Under the pieces are notes generated by a model, which saw only the letters and a program-made list of their open reading frames with translations, made no database searches and was not told where the DNA came from. A DNA stretch of 48,777 bases from Candidatus Sigynarchaeum calidifontis. Lineage in GTDB: Archaea > Asgardarchaeota > Lokiarchaeia > Sigyniarchaeales > Sigyniarchaeaceae. Each line of letters starts with the position of its first letter. Position 1 is the first letter of the stretch. A program made the translations under genes and the position numbers. The stretch covers positions 1-48,777 of the forward strand of contig JAUQYZ020000065.1 in the NCBI GenBank assembly GCA_030587475.2, given 5' to 3'. Below, one piece after another: positions 1-8,880 of the stretch.

Positions 1-606
1 CACGACAAGAAACTCGCCTTGTGCCTCGCGAGCACGACGATCTACGCGATTGCCTATGGTATTTACGAATATTTCATCGTGTACAAGGGCTTGATGGGAC
101 ACGTGCTGGACGAGAAAAAGAACTGGGCGATCATGATCGGCGGCCTCGTTGTCGTCGTGCTCGTGTCGACGTGGTCAAACGTCGAGATGTTGGTCGTCAG
201 CTTGCTCTACATGTTCCTTTTGGAGGACCTCACGTATTGGACGTGCCAGTGGATCGAGCTGGGCGTGTATCCATTCCCGGCCGTCGATTGGTTCGATGCT
301 TTTTTCGCATCGTTTCGCGTGCTTGGTGGTATCGGGCAAGCGATCCCTGTCTGGCCTTACGTGCCGTTTTTTTACATCCCGGGCTATGCCATGATCCTCG
401 TCTATTATTTAGCTTCGTGGCGCAGTGCCAAGGCTGGACGTGTCGTGGCTTGGATCATCGGCCCGTTCTTCATCGCGATCATCGCGGGCACCTTGGTCAC
501 GGAGGAGATCGCCACCTGGCTCTTGATAGTGATCCCCTCTGCATTGACCACACACGCCGTCATCGCGCTCGCTGTGAATAGGCACGACACGCGCCCGCGA
601 GACTAA
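1..606 (+). CDS. Multi-pass membrane protein of unknown function, probably 5'-truncated by the window edge
   Basis: Frame is open from base 1 (HDKKLALCLAS...) to TAA at 606. It has 5-6 hydrophobic segments and an LLEDLTYW motif. Confidence 0.75.
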   Translation, partial: HDKKLALCLASTTIYAIAYGIYEYFIVYKGLMGHVLDEKKNWAIMIGGLVVVVLVSTWSNVEMLVVSLLYMFLLEDLTYWTCQWIELGVYPFPAVDWFDAFFASFRVLGGIGQAIPVWPYVPFFYIPGYAMILVYYLASWRSAKAGRVVAWIIGPFFIAIIAGTLVTEEIATWLLIVIPSALTTHAVIALAVNRHDTRPRD

Positions 607-717
607 TTCGATTCCGTTTTTTGCGATTCGCGTAGGGGAAATCATCATTTTATAACCCCATGACTACATATATACCGCAAACGGGTTGGTACAACAAACG
701 GCTAGGTCAGACACGAC

Positions 718-3700
718 ATGACGAAAATCAGACTCATTTTACGAACAGCGCCTATCATCTTCATCGTGTTCACTTCTGTTTTCCTCGGTGGCTTGATCTT
801 GGCACCAGGTAACGATTCAAGCACGAAAAGTAATGATGCACTCAATAAAACCGGGAATGTTGACATCGGGGCGTCAGACACGGTCATCACGAAGAATTGG
901 CAAGCCGTGGAGACGCTCGAGTCGTGGTGGAACTCTGCATGGGCATACCGGAAGAAGGTCACGATCACGGAACCCGGCTTGATGGACCGCGAACGCGAGC
1001 CGGTCGACATCTACTTGACGTTCACGGGGAATGAAGCTCGCGTGAACAGCATCCGGCTCACGCTGTACAATGGTAGCTCGCGCGCGTGGTACGAGGTGCC
1101 CAGCCAGGTCTGGAACGCGACCACGCACAGCAACGGGTCGGCGCTTTTCTACGATAGATGCAGCGTGACTTTTCTCCTTAACATGACAAAATCGGACAAT
1201 GAAGTGTACTACGTTTATTATGATCCGGTCATTTCCACTCCGCCATCATATGCAAAACGTATCGCCTTACGCGGTCGAAACAATCCCGCCATAACCGACG
1301 ACACGGTCAATCCGAGCTTCACGCATTCAAATGGTACTGCCTACCCCAACGTCGATTCGATAGAAATTGCCACCGATGGAAACTGGGCGGCCCCGCGGGC
1401 AGCAGTGTGCCTGGTCGATACCATGCGTGGCGGCTCGGACTGGGGCGGGCCGGCGTGCTCGATCTACTCCGCTCGCCAAGGAGCGACGGATGTCTTCAAC
1501 CTTGCCCAGCAAACGTGGATGTCGATCGGTGAAATGGCCTTGCAAGCATCGAGTGCAGCCGACCCGTTTTCGCAAGACGAGCGCTGCAACGTCGGCCCCG
1601 ACAACCCGGCCGAGGCATGGGATGGCCTCGGGTCGATAACTGTCCTGGACGATGGCCCGCTCTTCGTGCGGTTCAAGATCCAGACAACCGACGGCGCGTA
1701 CACGTCACTCGTCGCCGCGGGCAGCACGACAGATTGGCACAGGGACATCATATATAACAGCACCTCCGATTCGGTAACCCGTGGCACGTCAGGATCGCTC
1801 GGGTACGTGAAATACAACATCACCTACACTTTCTTCTTCTACGGCACCCAGACCTTCGTGAAGATCGACCTGGACATCCTTTCGGCGCCGCAACGAGGAC
1901 CGCTAGGTTCTAGTTATCCCGTGACGCGCTCGAATTATCCCCGCGTGACGTCCGCGTATTTCAAGAACTACGGCGATTGGCCGCATCTCGGGCAACTCGT
2001 GCGAGCCAGCGTAGGCTCCGTGAGCCAGGATCGCAAGGCGTGGCTGGGATCGAAATATTCCCCGGACGGCGTGACCGTGTACAACATGCCCATTGCTGAC
2101 AGGCGCCGGGATTATCCCACGGAGCCGTGGACTGCCTGGTACCACTCCACGAATGCCGCGCCTTCCATCGGCATGTTCGCCATCACGAACAGCATCGGAT
2201 GGGAAGTGACGTCCCTGGCAGTGACGGGCATCGGCCCGAACTCGCTCCTCCAGCAGATCCTCCCGGAGGGTCACCAGGGCGACATCTTCAACCTCACGAA
2301 GGGCACGATCCTAAATTACGACTATTACTTGCTCACGAGCGCTGCTGGGACGAACTGGTCCGCGGCAAGGGACATGTGCCGCAGAATGAACAGGCCCGTT
2401 TCCATCGTCGTGTCCCAAAGGGAATTGTTTAACAACAATGCAATGTTCATCCACGTCAACGACCGCACGGGCGCCACTGCCTTCGGTGTCAGGGTCATTG
2501 TGAATAATTCGGAAGACACGTTTACCTATAATAACACGCTGGTTGATTCGAATGGCAATACGACCCATTTGCGATTCGCCGATGGTACCTACCGAGTCCA
2601 CGTGGTCATGTACACGCCGAATACAGGTGCCCGTTATGTCGTTAGCAGCGAGACAATGACTCTAAATCATAACGTGCCATCCCAGCGTATTGTCTATAGG
2701 ACTTACAACACGAACATGGCCAACCTTACGATAGATTTGCGCAATGCCTTGAGAAACAACGAGGCACTCATCGGTGCCCAGATACGCATCTTGAACGCGA
2801 CGACGAATTCGACCATAGAGCAAGTCTACACGACGGGCACCCCGCAACGATTCCGCCTCTACTCGGGCTCCCCGAACACGCCGTACCGAATACAAATATT
2901 CTATGGTGGAATCCAGCGCATCGCGAATGTCTCCGATCCGTATTATCTTGCGAGTAACGTCGTGCTCCGAGTCGGCGTTGCCGTCGACACGACAGCAATA
3001 ACCATCCAGACAAAGGATCCAGCCATCGATATCGGGGTCGCGTATCACATGTCGTTTACCTATCATAAATCGAACGATCCGAACGTGAAATACGCGCCCA
3101 CCCAGGTTCTAATCAGCGATTTTCCAGGTGCACCGGATTGGAGTGGATCAGACTATTCATGGTCAGTCGATGGCCAAAATCTCGTTTCCTTAACCATCCT
3201 CACAGGGGCGCCTCATCCGATTAGAAATCCAGGAAATAATCAAATATACATCCGGGCACGCAATTCCTTGGTGGAAGAAGCCGTTATCAACACGGAGGTC
3301 ATCGTGAAGGCATACAAAATGAATGCAACCTTCACGGTCAATGGATACACCGCGGCACAACTCAACTCGGTTAAATTCCCGCTGGGGAGCTCGTTGACCT
3401 TTAACGTGCAGCTGGTTGCCTGGAATGGAACCATCTTGAATGGAGCAACCGTGACTGTGTATCATTACAACGCAACCAACCCCACGCAGCCTGCAATCGT
3501 GCACACGGCAACGCCTTCGGGAAGTAATTACACGACGACGTTCGCGCTCGATCTCAACACGTTCTATGCGATCAACCAACCATTCTATCTCCAGGCAGAA
3601 AACATGTATTACACGAGTATCCTCGAGCCGATCGTCATCCGCATCGATCCCATCGGCTTGAATGTCGTTGCAATTTCCGGCGGCGTTGTTGGGGGCGACA

Positions 3701-4974
3701 CGATTTCTGCCCAGATAAATACCAAGGTCAATTTCCGGATCATCATGAACGCCTCGAGCTATAGCGCCTTGTTCCTCTCGAAAGTGAATAGCATTGAAGT
3801 CCGAGTGAATGTCCCGTATTTACAAAAAGAATTCGTGATGACCCCCGTTGGAGGCGGGGAATTCGTCGCAGAATTCGATGCCCCGGATTATCCACAAAAA
3901 ACAAAAGTGGGAGTTACTTTGTACGTTCCCACGAGCCTTCAAACTATTCAATTGCAATATAATATCCAATTGTCCTACACGTTCTACGTGGATGCTATTT
4001 CCCCGACCGGTGGCATCGATCCATGGGTTTTCTGGCTCATATTCGGCTTGCTGATCGTGGTGGTCGTGTGGTTCATTGCATATCAGATCCGGTTCAAGTA
4101 CCCGCCCATGATCCGCAAGATAATGGATCTCAAGCGCAGCGTCAGCCGCGGCAAGGTCGCCTCGCGCATCCGCCCGCAGAAAGTGCGGTCTCGCGAGGAG
4201 GGCATCTACCACTTCTATGCGAACATGGTGAATGCCTACAGCTTCTTGCAGACGCGGGACACGCGGTACGCGGCGAAGGCGGCTGGCTATGCGCCGATTC
4301 CGGACGAGTCTATCTCGCTCGATTTCGAGCTCAAGGCCATCGACCAGCCCGAGATGGAACTCCCGGCGGCCCCTCTCCCCAAGGGTATGGTGAAGAAAGC
4401 AACACCTACAAGCTATGTATCGCCACCCTCGGCGGCGCCACCGGCACCGGTTCCCGTTCCGGGTGCCGCGCCGGGGATCCCGAAGCCCATCACGAAGCCA
4501 GCGCCCTTGTCGCTCGAAGCTCCGGCCATGAAAGCCACTCAACCACCGACGCCTTCGATAAAGCCGCTCGCGGCCCAACCCGGCGCCCCCCAGGTCACGC
4601 GACCACTCGCGCCCGCTACCGGTTCCCCACCAGCAATGCCGAAACCGTCGGCACCGGCGCCAGGTGCGCCGCCCTCGATCAAGGCCCTGCCCAAGCCGCC
4701 CGCGGGACTGCCGCGGCCATCTGTGCCGGTTCCCAAGCCAGCAGCACTTGGTGCCACGGAGCAAATGAAACCGGAAAACTTGTACCAGGAGCTGGTATTG
4801 CTCGAACAAAAACGATACAAGGCGGAGCGGAGCATGCGCGACCTCGACGCCAAGCATGCTCGCGGTACCATCACCGACGCTGAATACAAAGATTACCAGA
4901 AGAAGATCCAAGAGAGCTTGGACAAGTTAAAGGAAAACATCGCGCAATTGCGGCGCAAGATGCTCAACTTCTGA
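718..4974 (+). CDS. Large cell-surface glycoprotein: DUF2341-like N-terminus, beta/Ig-like repeats, C-terminal TM helix, Pro-rich cytoplasmic tail, SHOCT-like end
   Basis: 1418-aa ORF with an N-terminal signal/anchor, a WWNSAWAYRKKVTI motif typical of DUF2341-type proteins and many N-x-S/T sequons. TM WVFWLIFGLLIVVVVWFIAY is followed by basic RFKYPPMIRKI and a PAP-rich tail. It ends LDAKHARGTITDAEYKDYQKKI. Confidence 0.85.
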   Translation: MTKIRLILRTAPIIFIVFTSVFLGGLILAPGNDSSTKSNDALNKTGNVDIGASDTVITKNWQAVETLESWWNSAWAYRKKVTITEPGLMDREREPVDIYLTFTGNEARVNSIRLTLYNGSSRAWYEVPSQVWNATTHSNGSALFYDRCSVTFLLNMTKSDNEVYYVYYDPVISTPPSYAKRIALRGRNNPAITDDTVNPSFTHSNGTAYPNVDSIEIATDGNWAAPRAAVCLVDTMRGGSDWGGPACSIYSARQGATDVFNLAQQTWMSIGEMALQASSAADPFSQDERCNVGPDNPAEAWDGLGSITVLDDGPLFVRFKIQTTDGAYTSLVAAGSTTDWHRDIIYNSTSDSVTRGTSGSLGYVKYNITYTFFFYGTQTFVKIDLDILSAPQRGPLGSSYPVTRSNYPRVTSAYFKNYGDWPHLGQLVRASVGSVSQDRKAWLGSKYSPDGVTVYNMPIADRRRDYPTEPWTAWYHSTNAAPSIGMFAITNSIGWEVTSLAVTGIGPNSLLQQILPEGHQGDIFNLTKGTILNYDYYLLTSAAGTNWSAARDMCRRMNRPVSIVVSQRELFNNNAMFIHVNDRTGATAFGVRVIVNNSEDTFTYNNTLVDSNGNTTHLRFADGTYRVHVVMYTPNTGARYVVSSETMTLNHNVPSQRIVYRTYNTNMANLTIDLRNALRNNEALIGAQIRILNATTNSTIEQVYTTGTPQRFRLYSGSPNTPYRIQIFYGGIQRIANVSDPYYLASNVVLRVGVAVDTTAITIQTKDPAIDIGVAYHMSFTYHKSNDPNVKYAPTQVLISDFPGAPDWSGSDYSWSVDGQNLVSLTILTGAPHPIRNPGNNQIYIRARNSLVEEAVINTEVIVKAYKMNATFTVNGYTAAQLNSVKFPLGSSLTFNVQLVAWNGTILNGATVTVYHYNATNPTQPAIVHTATPSGSNYTTTFALDLNTFYAINQPFYLQAENMYYTSILEPIVIRIDPIGLNVVAISGGVVGGDTISAQINTKVNFRIIMNASSYSALFLSKVNSIEVRVNVPYLQKEFVMTPVGGGEFVAEFDAPDYPQKTKVGVTLYVPTSLQTIQLQYNIQLSYTFYVDAISPTGGIDPWVFWLIFGLLIVVVVWFIAYQIRFKYPPMIRKIMDLKRSVSRGKVASRIRPQKVRSREEGIYHFYANMVNAYSFLQTRDTRYAAKAAGYAPIPDESISLDFELKAIDQPEMELPAAPLPKGMVKKATPTSYVSPPSAAPPAPVPVPGAAPGIPKPITKPAPLSLEAPAMKATQPPTPSIKPLAAQPGAPQVTRPLAPATGSPPAMPKPSAPAPGAPPSIKALPKPPAGLPRPSVPVPKPAALGATEQMKPENLYQELVLLEQKRYKAERSMRDLDAKHARGTITDAEYKDYQKKIQESLDKLKENIAQLRRKMLNF

Positions 4975-4979
4975 GATCG

Positions 4980-5020
4980 TTCCTTTTTTTTGTTATTTCT
5001 AACCCATTCTCTATTTTTTA
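4980..5020 (+). terminator. Oligo-T archaeal-type terminator region
   Basis: TTCCTTTTTTTTG and further T-runs lie just after the stop at 4974, in the gap between convergent genes. Confidence 0.5.
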
Positions 5021-5025
5021 TCGTT

Positions 5026-6966
5026 TCAGAGCTTCAAACGCCTTTTCAAGTCAGGCGATGCGATGAGCCTCATGAAGATGGCTTGCAACCGGGCCTCGTT
5101 GATGCCCGCGCGCTCGTCCTTGCCGAGCTTGAGCTTGTCCAGAACGCTCGCAAGCATGGGGCTGAACGTGAACTCGAGGCGATCCCCGCGCGGCGTTGCC
5201 AGCTTCGCCTTGATAAGCGTGTTCGTCTCGTCAAGGTACATCTCTTGCGCCCGTTCAAGCGGCAAGCTCCCCTTCTCGGCGAGATCGAGCAAGAATTCAA
5301 GGCCAAAATCCTTCTTTGCGATGGTGCCGAGCCGGTTGAATATCTCTTGCATCACGAGCCGGTTCGTGAAGTAGCTCGGGATGTCTGCCCCGATGCAATC
5401 AACCTTGGCCTCGATGATCTCGGACACTTGCTGGGTAGAGAGACTCTCGAGCACTTGCCGTGCGCGATCGAGAGCCAACGGATCGACGATTGGGACCGCG
5501 ATGGGCGATGGCTCGGGTTCGGGCTCTTTTTCCCCCGGCGTGATGGCGGGCTCTGGCCCGGCCGGAGTCTCCACAGAAACAACAACAGGAGGCATGGCAG
5601 GCTTGTCGATCAGGACGTCGAGCTTTCCTGCCATTATCTTTTTCACGTCATCGAGCGTGATGGTCTTGTGAACCGTCAGCAACCATCGGGTGTACACCAT
5701 GGCGAGCGATACATCGTTGTCCGGCGAGACGAGCAAGAACTGGCCCGTCTTGAGCACGGGGATGGCGCCAATGGAGCCCTTGATCCTGCCCGCCGGGTCA
5801 GAAAAGCCCTCGAGCAGCCGCTCCACGACCTTCATGCTCTGCTGGCTCGTGATCCTGCCGATGAAAAACGAGTTGAATTGCTCGTAGGCATGGTAATCCA
5901 CGTCTTTCGGGCTCTGCGTGGCGATGAAACACTGGACGCCGTACTTTCGCGCTTGCCGGAATAACAAGATCAACGCATCCTTGGGGCCAGGCTTGGCGGC
6001 CCCCGCGGGCATGAACGGCGCTATCTCGTCGCAGAAAAAGATGCAGCGGGGTTCTTTCGCATGTCCCTGGCGGATCATCCACGAGTATAGCTCGTTCACG
6101 AGCACGGATAGAAAAAATTCCTTTTCTTCTTGCGTGTACAATGCTTTCAAGAAAAACACGTTCACGGGGGTTGTCGCGACACCACCCTTGTTCCGCCGTT
6201 GTAGTAATGCATCGATGTTCAAGTTATCGTTTGCGGAAAATAGTAACTGGGCGCTTCCCTTGCCGAGGGTCTTGATCGCGATGGCTAACTTTTGTCGCTG
6301 CTTGTCGTTGAGGAACTCTTCGATACCCGTGCTCGTGCCGGATTCGACGATGCGGGCAAGTTCGGAAAGGCTCGGTATCTGCTTTCCGTCCTTGAAATAC
6401 CGCTCCAGGACGGAGTACAGACCGGCCTCGGCGGGCGCGACGAATGAGGAGGACAAGTTGGCCGCTTTCTTCAGGATGGAAACTAGCAGCTTGGCCTGGT
6501 TGTCGAGGAGCTTGATGATGTCCTCGTCGTCGAGGTCAGGATCCTTCTCGGGTATCTTAACGGGATTGAGCGAGATGGGAAGTCCCTTCCCGGACGCCGG
6601 CGTGAAGATACGGATGTCGACAAGGCCCATGAACGATTCCACGACCGCGCTTGGGACCCCGTGCTCAGCCTCGAGCTCCGCCTTGTTCCCGGGCAGCGCG
6701 AGCGATGCGATGTCCCCTTGCGGGTCGATGGCGATGACCGGGATGCCGTGCCGCGCTGCCTCCTCGCAGATGATCTTGCCCAGGACGGTCTTCCCGCTGC
6801 CCGTGCTTCCGAAGATCCCGGCGTGGCGGAAGAAGACCTGCGGGTCGACCAGCAAGTCCTTCGCGGCCTCCTTCATCTGCTGGATGGTTTCGAAAGTTAA
6901 CTTCGTCCACTGGTCGTTGTAGGTGCCGATCCAGAACTTCTTGCTCCCAACCTTGTCATCGCTCAT
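5026..6966 (-). CDS. HerA/FtsK-superfamily ATPase (DUF87/DUF853-like) with C-terminal extension
   Basis: RHAGIFGSTGSGKT (Walker A), AIDPQGD, IFFCDE (Walker B), RQARKYGV (Arg finger) and ATQSP. Confidence 0.9.
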   Translation of the reverse strand: MSDDKVGSKKFWIGTYNDQWTKLTFETIQQMKEAAKDLLVDPQVFFRHAGIFGSTGSGKTVLGKIICEEAARHGIPVIAIDPQGDIASLALPGNKAELEAEHGVPSAVVESFMGLVDIRIFTPASGKGLPISLNPVKIPEKDPDLDDEDIIKLLDNQAKLLVSILKKAANLSSSFVAPAEAGLYSVLERYFKDGKQIPSLSELARIVESGTSTGIEEFLNDKQRQKLAIAIKTLGKGSAQLLFSANDNLNIDALLQRRNKGGVATTPVNVFFLKALYTQEEKEFFLSVLVNELYSWMIRQGHAKEPRCIFFCDEIAPFMPAGAAKPGPKDALILLFRQARKYGVQCFIATQSPKDVDYHAYEQFNSFFIGRITSQQSMKVVERLLEGFSDPAGRIKGSIGAIPVLKTGQFLLVSPDNDVSLAMVYTRWLLTVHKTITLDDVKKIMAGKLDVLIDKPAMPPVVVSVETPAGPEPAITPGEKEPEPEPSPIAVPIVDPLALDRARQVLESLSTQQVSEIIEAKVDCIGADIPSYFTNRLVMQEIFNRLGTIAKKDFGLEFLLDLAEKGSLPLERAQEMYLDETNTLIKAKLATPRGDRLEFTFSPMLASVLDKLKLGKDERAGINEARLQAIFMRLIASPDLKRRLKL

Positions 6967-7191
6967 GTGCTAGCTTCACCATGCGTGGCGATCGCGTGGC
7001 CGGCTCGGAAATACTTGGTGCGGGGCGGGTTCCCACGTTCTTTCAATGGAAGTCTTTCGATAAAGATTTTGCGGCATCATCAACAAGTGGATTTCCATCA
7101 CCGTTCTCCATTGAGCCTTGATGAGCGATTGCATCAAGTTATAAATACCGACTTGGGTAATGTAAAAACCCGGTAAAAGGTGAATCATCAC

Positions 7192-8832
7192 ATGCTTCTT
7201 ACCTTCAATTTCAAGGGAATCGACGAGCTGATAGGCAACCCGCCTATACTCATCGATGTCCCGGAAGACAAGGTGTTCAAGGACGTCTTGCTCGAAGTGC
7301 TCGAAAAAATCAACCCGTTACTCCCGGAGGGCAAGAAATTCACGCTCGAGACCCTCGGGATCGAAAGCTTCGATGGCGAGCCCGTGAGCTGGGGCACGTA
7401 CGAGAAGCACGTTTTCGACGTGATCATCGATTTTGGCACTAGTTTCGTCGTCACCACGAAGGACGTGAAACGGGGCGAGAAATTGCATCCCGATGTAAAG
7501 ATAACCGAAGCGGAGACCCTCGACAAGGACAAGCTCGCCGCGCTCGACCTCACGCGGGAAGTCTTGAAGACGGAAGGCGTTGCGGAGGTTAATGAGGCCG
7601 ACATCGCGAAGTCTATGAAAGTAGAAGATCAACTACAATTAAGACCAAAGGGGCGACCTGCCGAGATGCCAGATTTGACCAGCGCCCCGAAGGACCTTGG
7701 CATGCCGGCGATCGGTGGTTCGCCGTCGATCACGGGCGACGTGAAGCCGAGCATTCCCATAGCGCCATCGCCTCCTGTCGAGCCGGGTCTTTCCGGCAAG
7801 CGGCCAAGCGGCATGGCGGGCCCCGAGCCGTCGGGTGCCGGCGGCTCGGCACAACCGGGCCCGCTCAACCTCGGTAAGACCGAAGAGGCACGCGCCGCCC
7901 CGGCACAACCCGTACCCGCGTCGATGCCCGCGCCAGCGATCGCAACGTCCTCCCCCCCGCTCATGGCGGCCGAGGAAGTCTCGGGAAAAAAGGGGATGGC
8001 GCTTGGGAAAAAGGACGGGGATCGGCAAAGGTCTATCTCGAAAGCTTCGCCACCGAAAACGGAAAAACAAGCCAGCGAATCCGAGGAATTAAGCAAAGAC
8101 GCAATCTCTGCGGAAATATCGAGCAACGATGATATTACCAGCGGGGAAATCAAGGAACCAGAAATGCCGGCCGTCAAGACGCAATATGACAAGAGCATCT
8201 CGGTCGATTACTTCAACGTGATGAATCCGGAGAACTATTATCCGATCGTCGTCGACATCGCTGACATCGAGCAGGCCTGGAAGCCCGTCGAGGAGAATAT
8301 CCTCACGGGCGAGCGAAAGATACAAGTGAAGGAAAAAGTGGTCTTCGAGACGGATACGGTCATCGTTCGGCCGGTATTCCCCGGCTGCACGGTGGCGCCG
8401 CTGGAACGAGAGGCTGACTTGACCAAGCCAAAGGAATTACTGACCTTCTACGCGACGCCACTCGTGAGGGGAGCGATCAAGGGCGAGTTGCATTTCTTGG
8501 CAAAGGGAAAGCTGGTTCATGTCACCGAGCTTCCGGCCGAGGTCAAGGATCCGCGACTTGCACGTTACATTTTCCTTTATGGCCTTCTCGCTAGCTTGAT
8601 CCCCAAAATCAGCGAACTGTTGAATATCAATCTCGAAACCATGCTCAACAATCTTATAGGAACCACCTTGATACTTGGCATGAATTTATCGACTTTTGTT
8701 GCCGTGACAGGCACGGGTATCGCCATGCTAGTCGGCCTCATCTATTTCGCGACACACAAGCCGAAGAATGCGAAGATGCAACTGCATCTCACGGATTTCC
8801 GCATGACCCTCGTTCCTCCAAACGCCATGTAA
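7192..8832 (+). CDS. Membrane-anchored protein: UFM1/ubiquitin-like N-terminal domain, Pro-rich linker, beta-rich domain, two C-terminal hydrophobic helices
   Basis: ATG at 7192 is preceded by AGGTGA (7178-7183) and TTATAAATA (7139-7147). Residues 1-95 align by eye with UFM1. C-terminal hydrophobic stretches are present. The CDS is solid; the UBL call is inference. Confidence 0.7.
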   Translation: MLLTFNFKGIDELIGNPPILIDVPEDKVFKDVLLEVLEKINPLLPEGKKFTLETLGIESFDGEPVSWGTYEKHVFDVIIDFGTSFVVTTKDVKRGEKLHPDVKITEAETLDKDKLAALDLTREVLKTEGVAEVNEADIAKSMKVEDQLQLRPKGRPAEMPDLTSAPKDLGMPAIGGSPSITGDVKPSIPIAPSPPVEPGLSGKRPSGMAGPEPSGAGGSAQPGPLNLGKTEEARAAPAQPVPASMPAPAIATSSPPLMAAEEVSGKKGMALGKKDGDRQRSISKASPPKTEKQASESEELSKDAISAEISSNDDITSGEIKEPEMPAVKTQYDKSISVDYFNVMNPENYYPIVVDIADIEQAWKPVEENILTGERKIQVKEKVVFETDTVIVRPVFPGCTVAPLEREADLTKPKELLTFYATPLVRGAIKGELHFLAKGKLVHVTELPAEVKDPRLARYIFLYGLLASLIPKISELLNINLETMLNNLIGTTLILGMNLSTFVAVTGTGIAMLVGLIYFATHKPKNAKMQLHLTDFRMTLVPPNAM

Positions 8833-8880
8833 TCCTTTTTTTCGTATCTTTTATGGGCATAGACGCGTTCAAAAGGCCCG

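Noticed and set aside
3820-4911. 363-aa minus-strand ORF and 286-aa alternate-frame ORF over the Pro-rich tail
   Set aside because: These are shadow ORFs of GC-rich low-complexity coding sequence, Arg/Gly-rich and without motifs.
4990-6922. Plus-strand ORFs of 324 and 334 aa
   Set aside because: They are antisense to the motif-bearing HerA-like gene.
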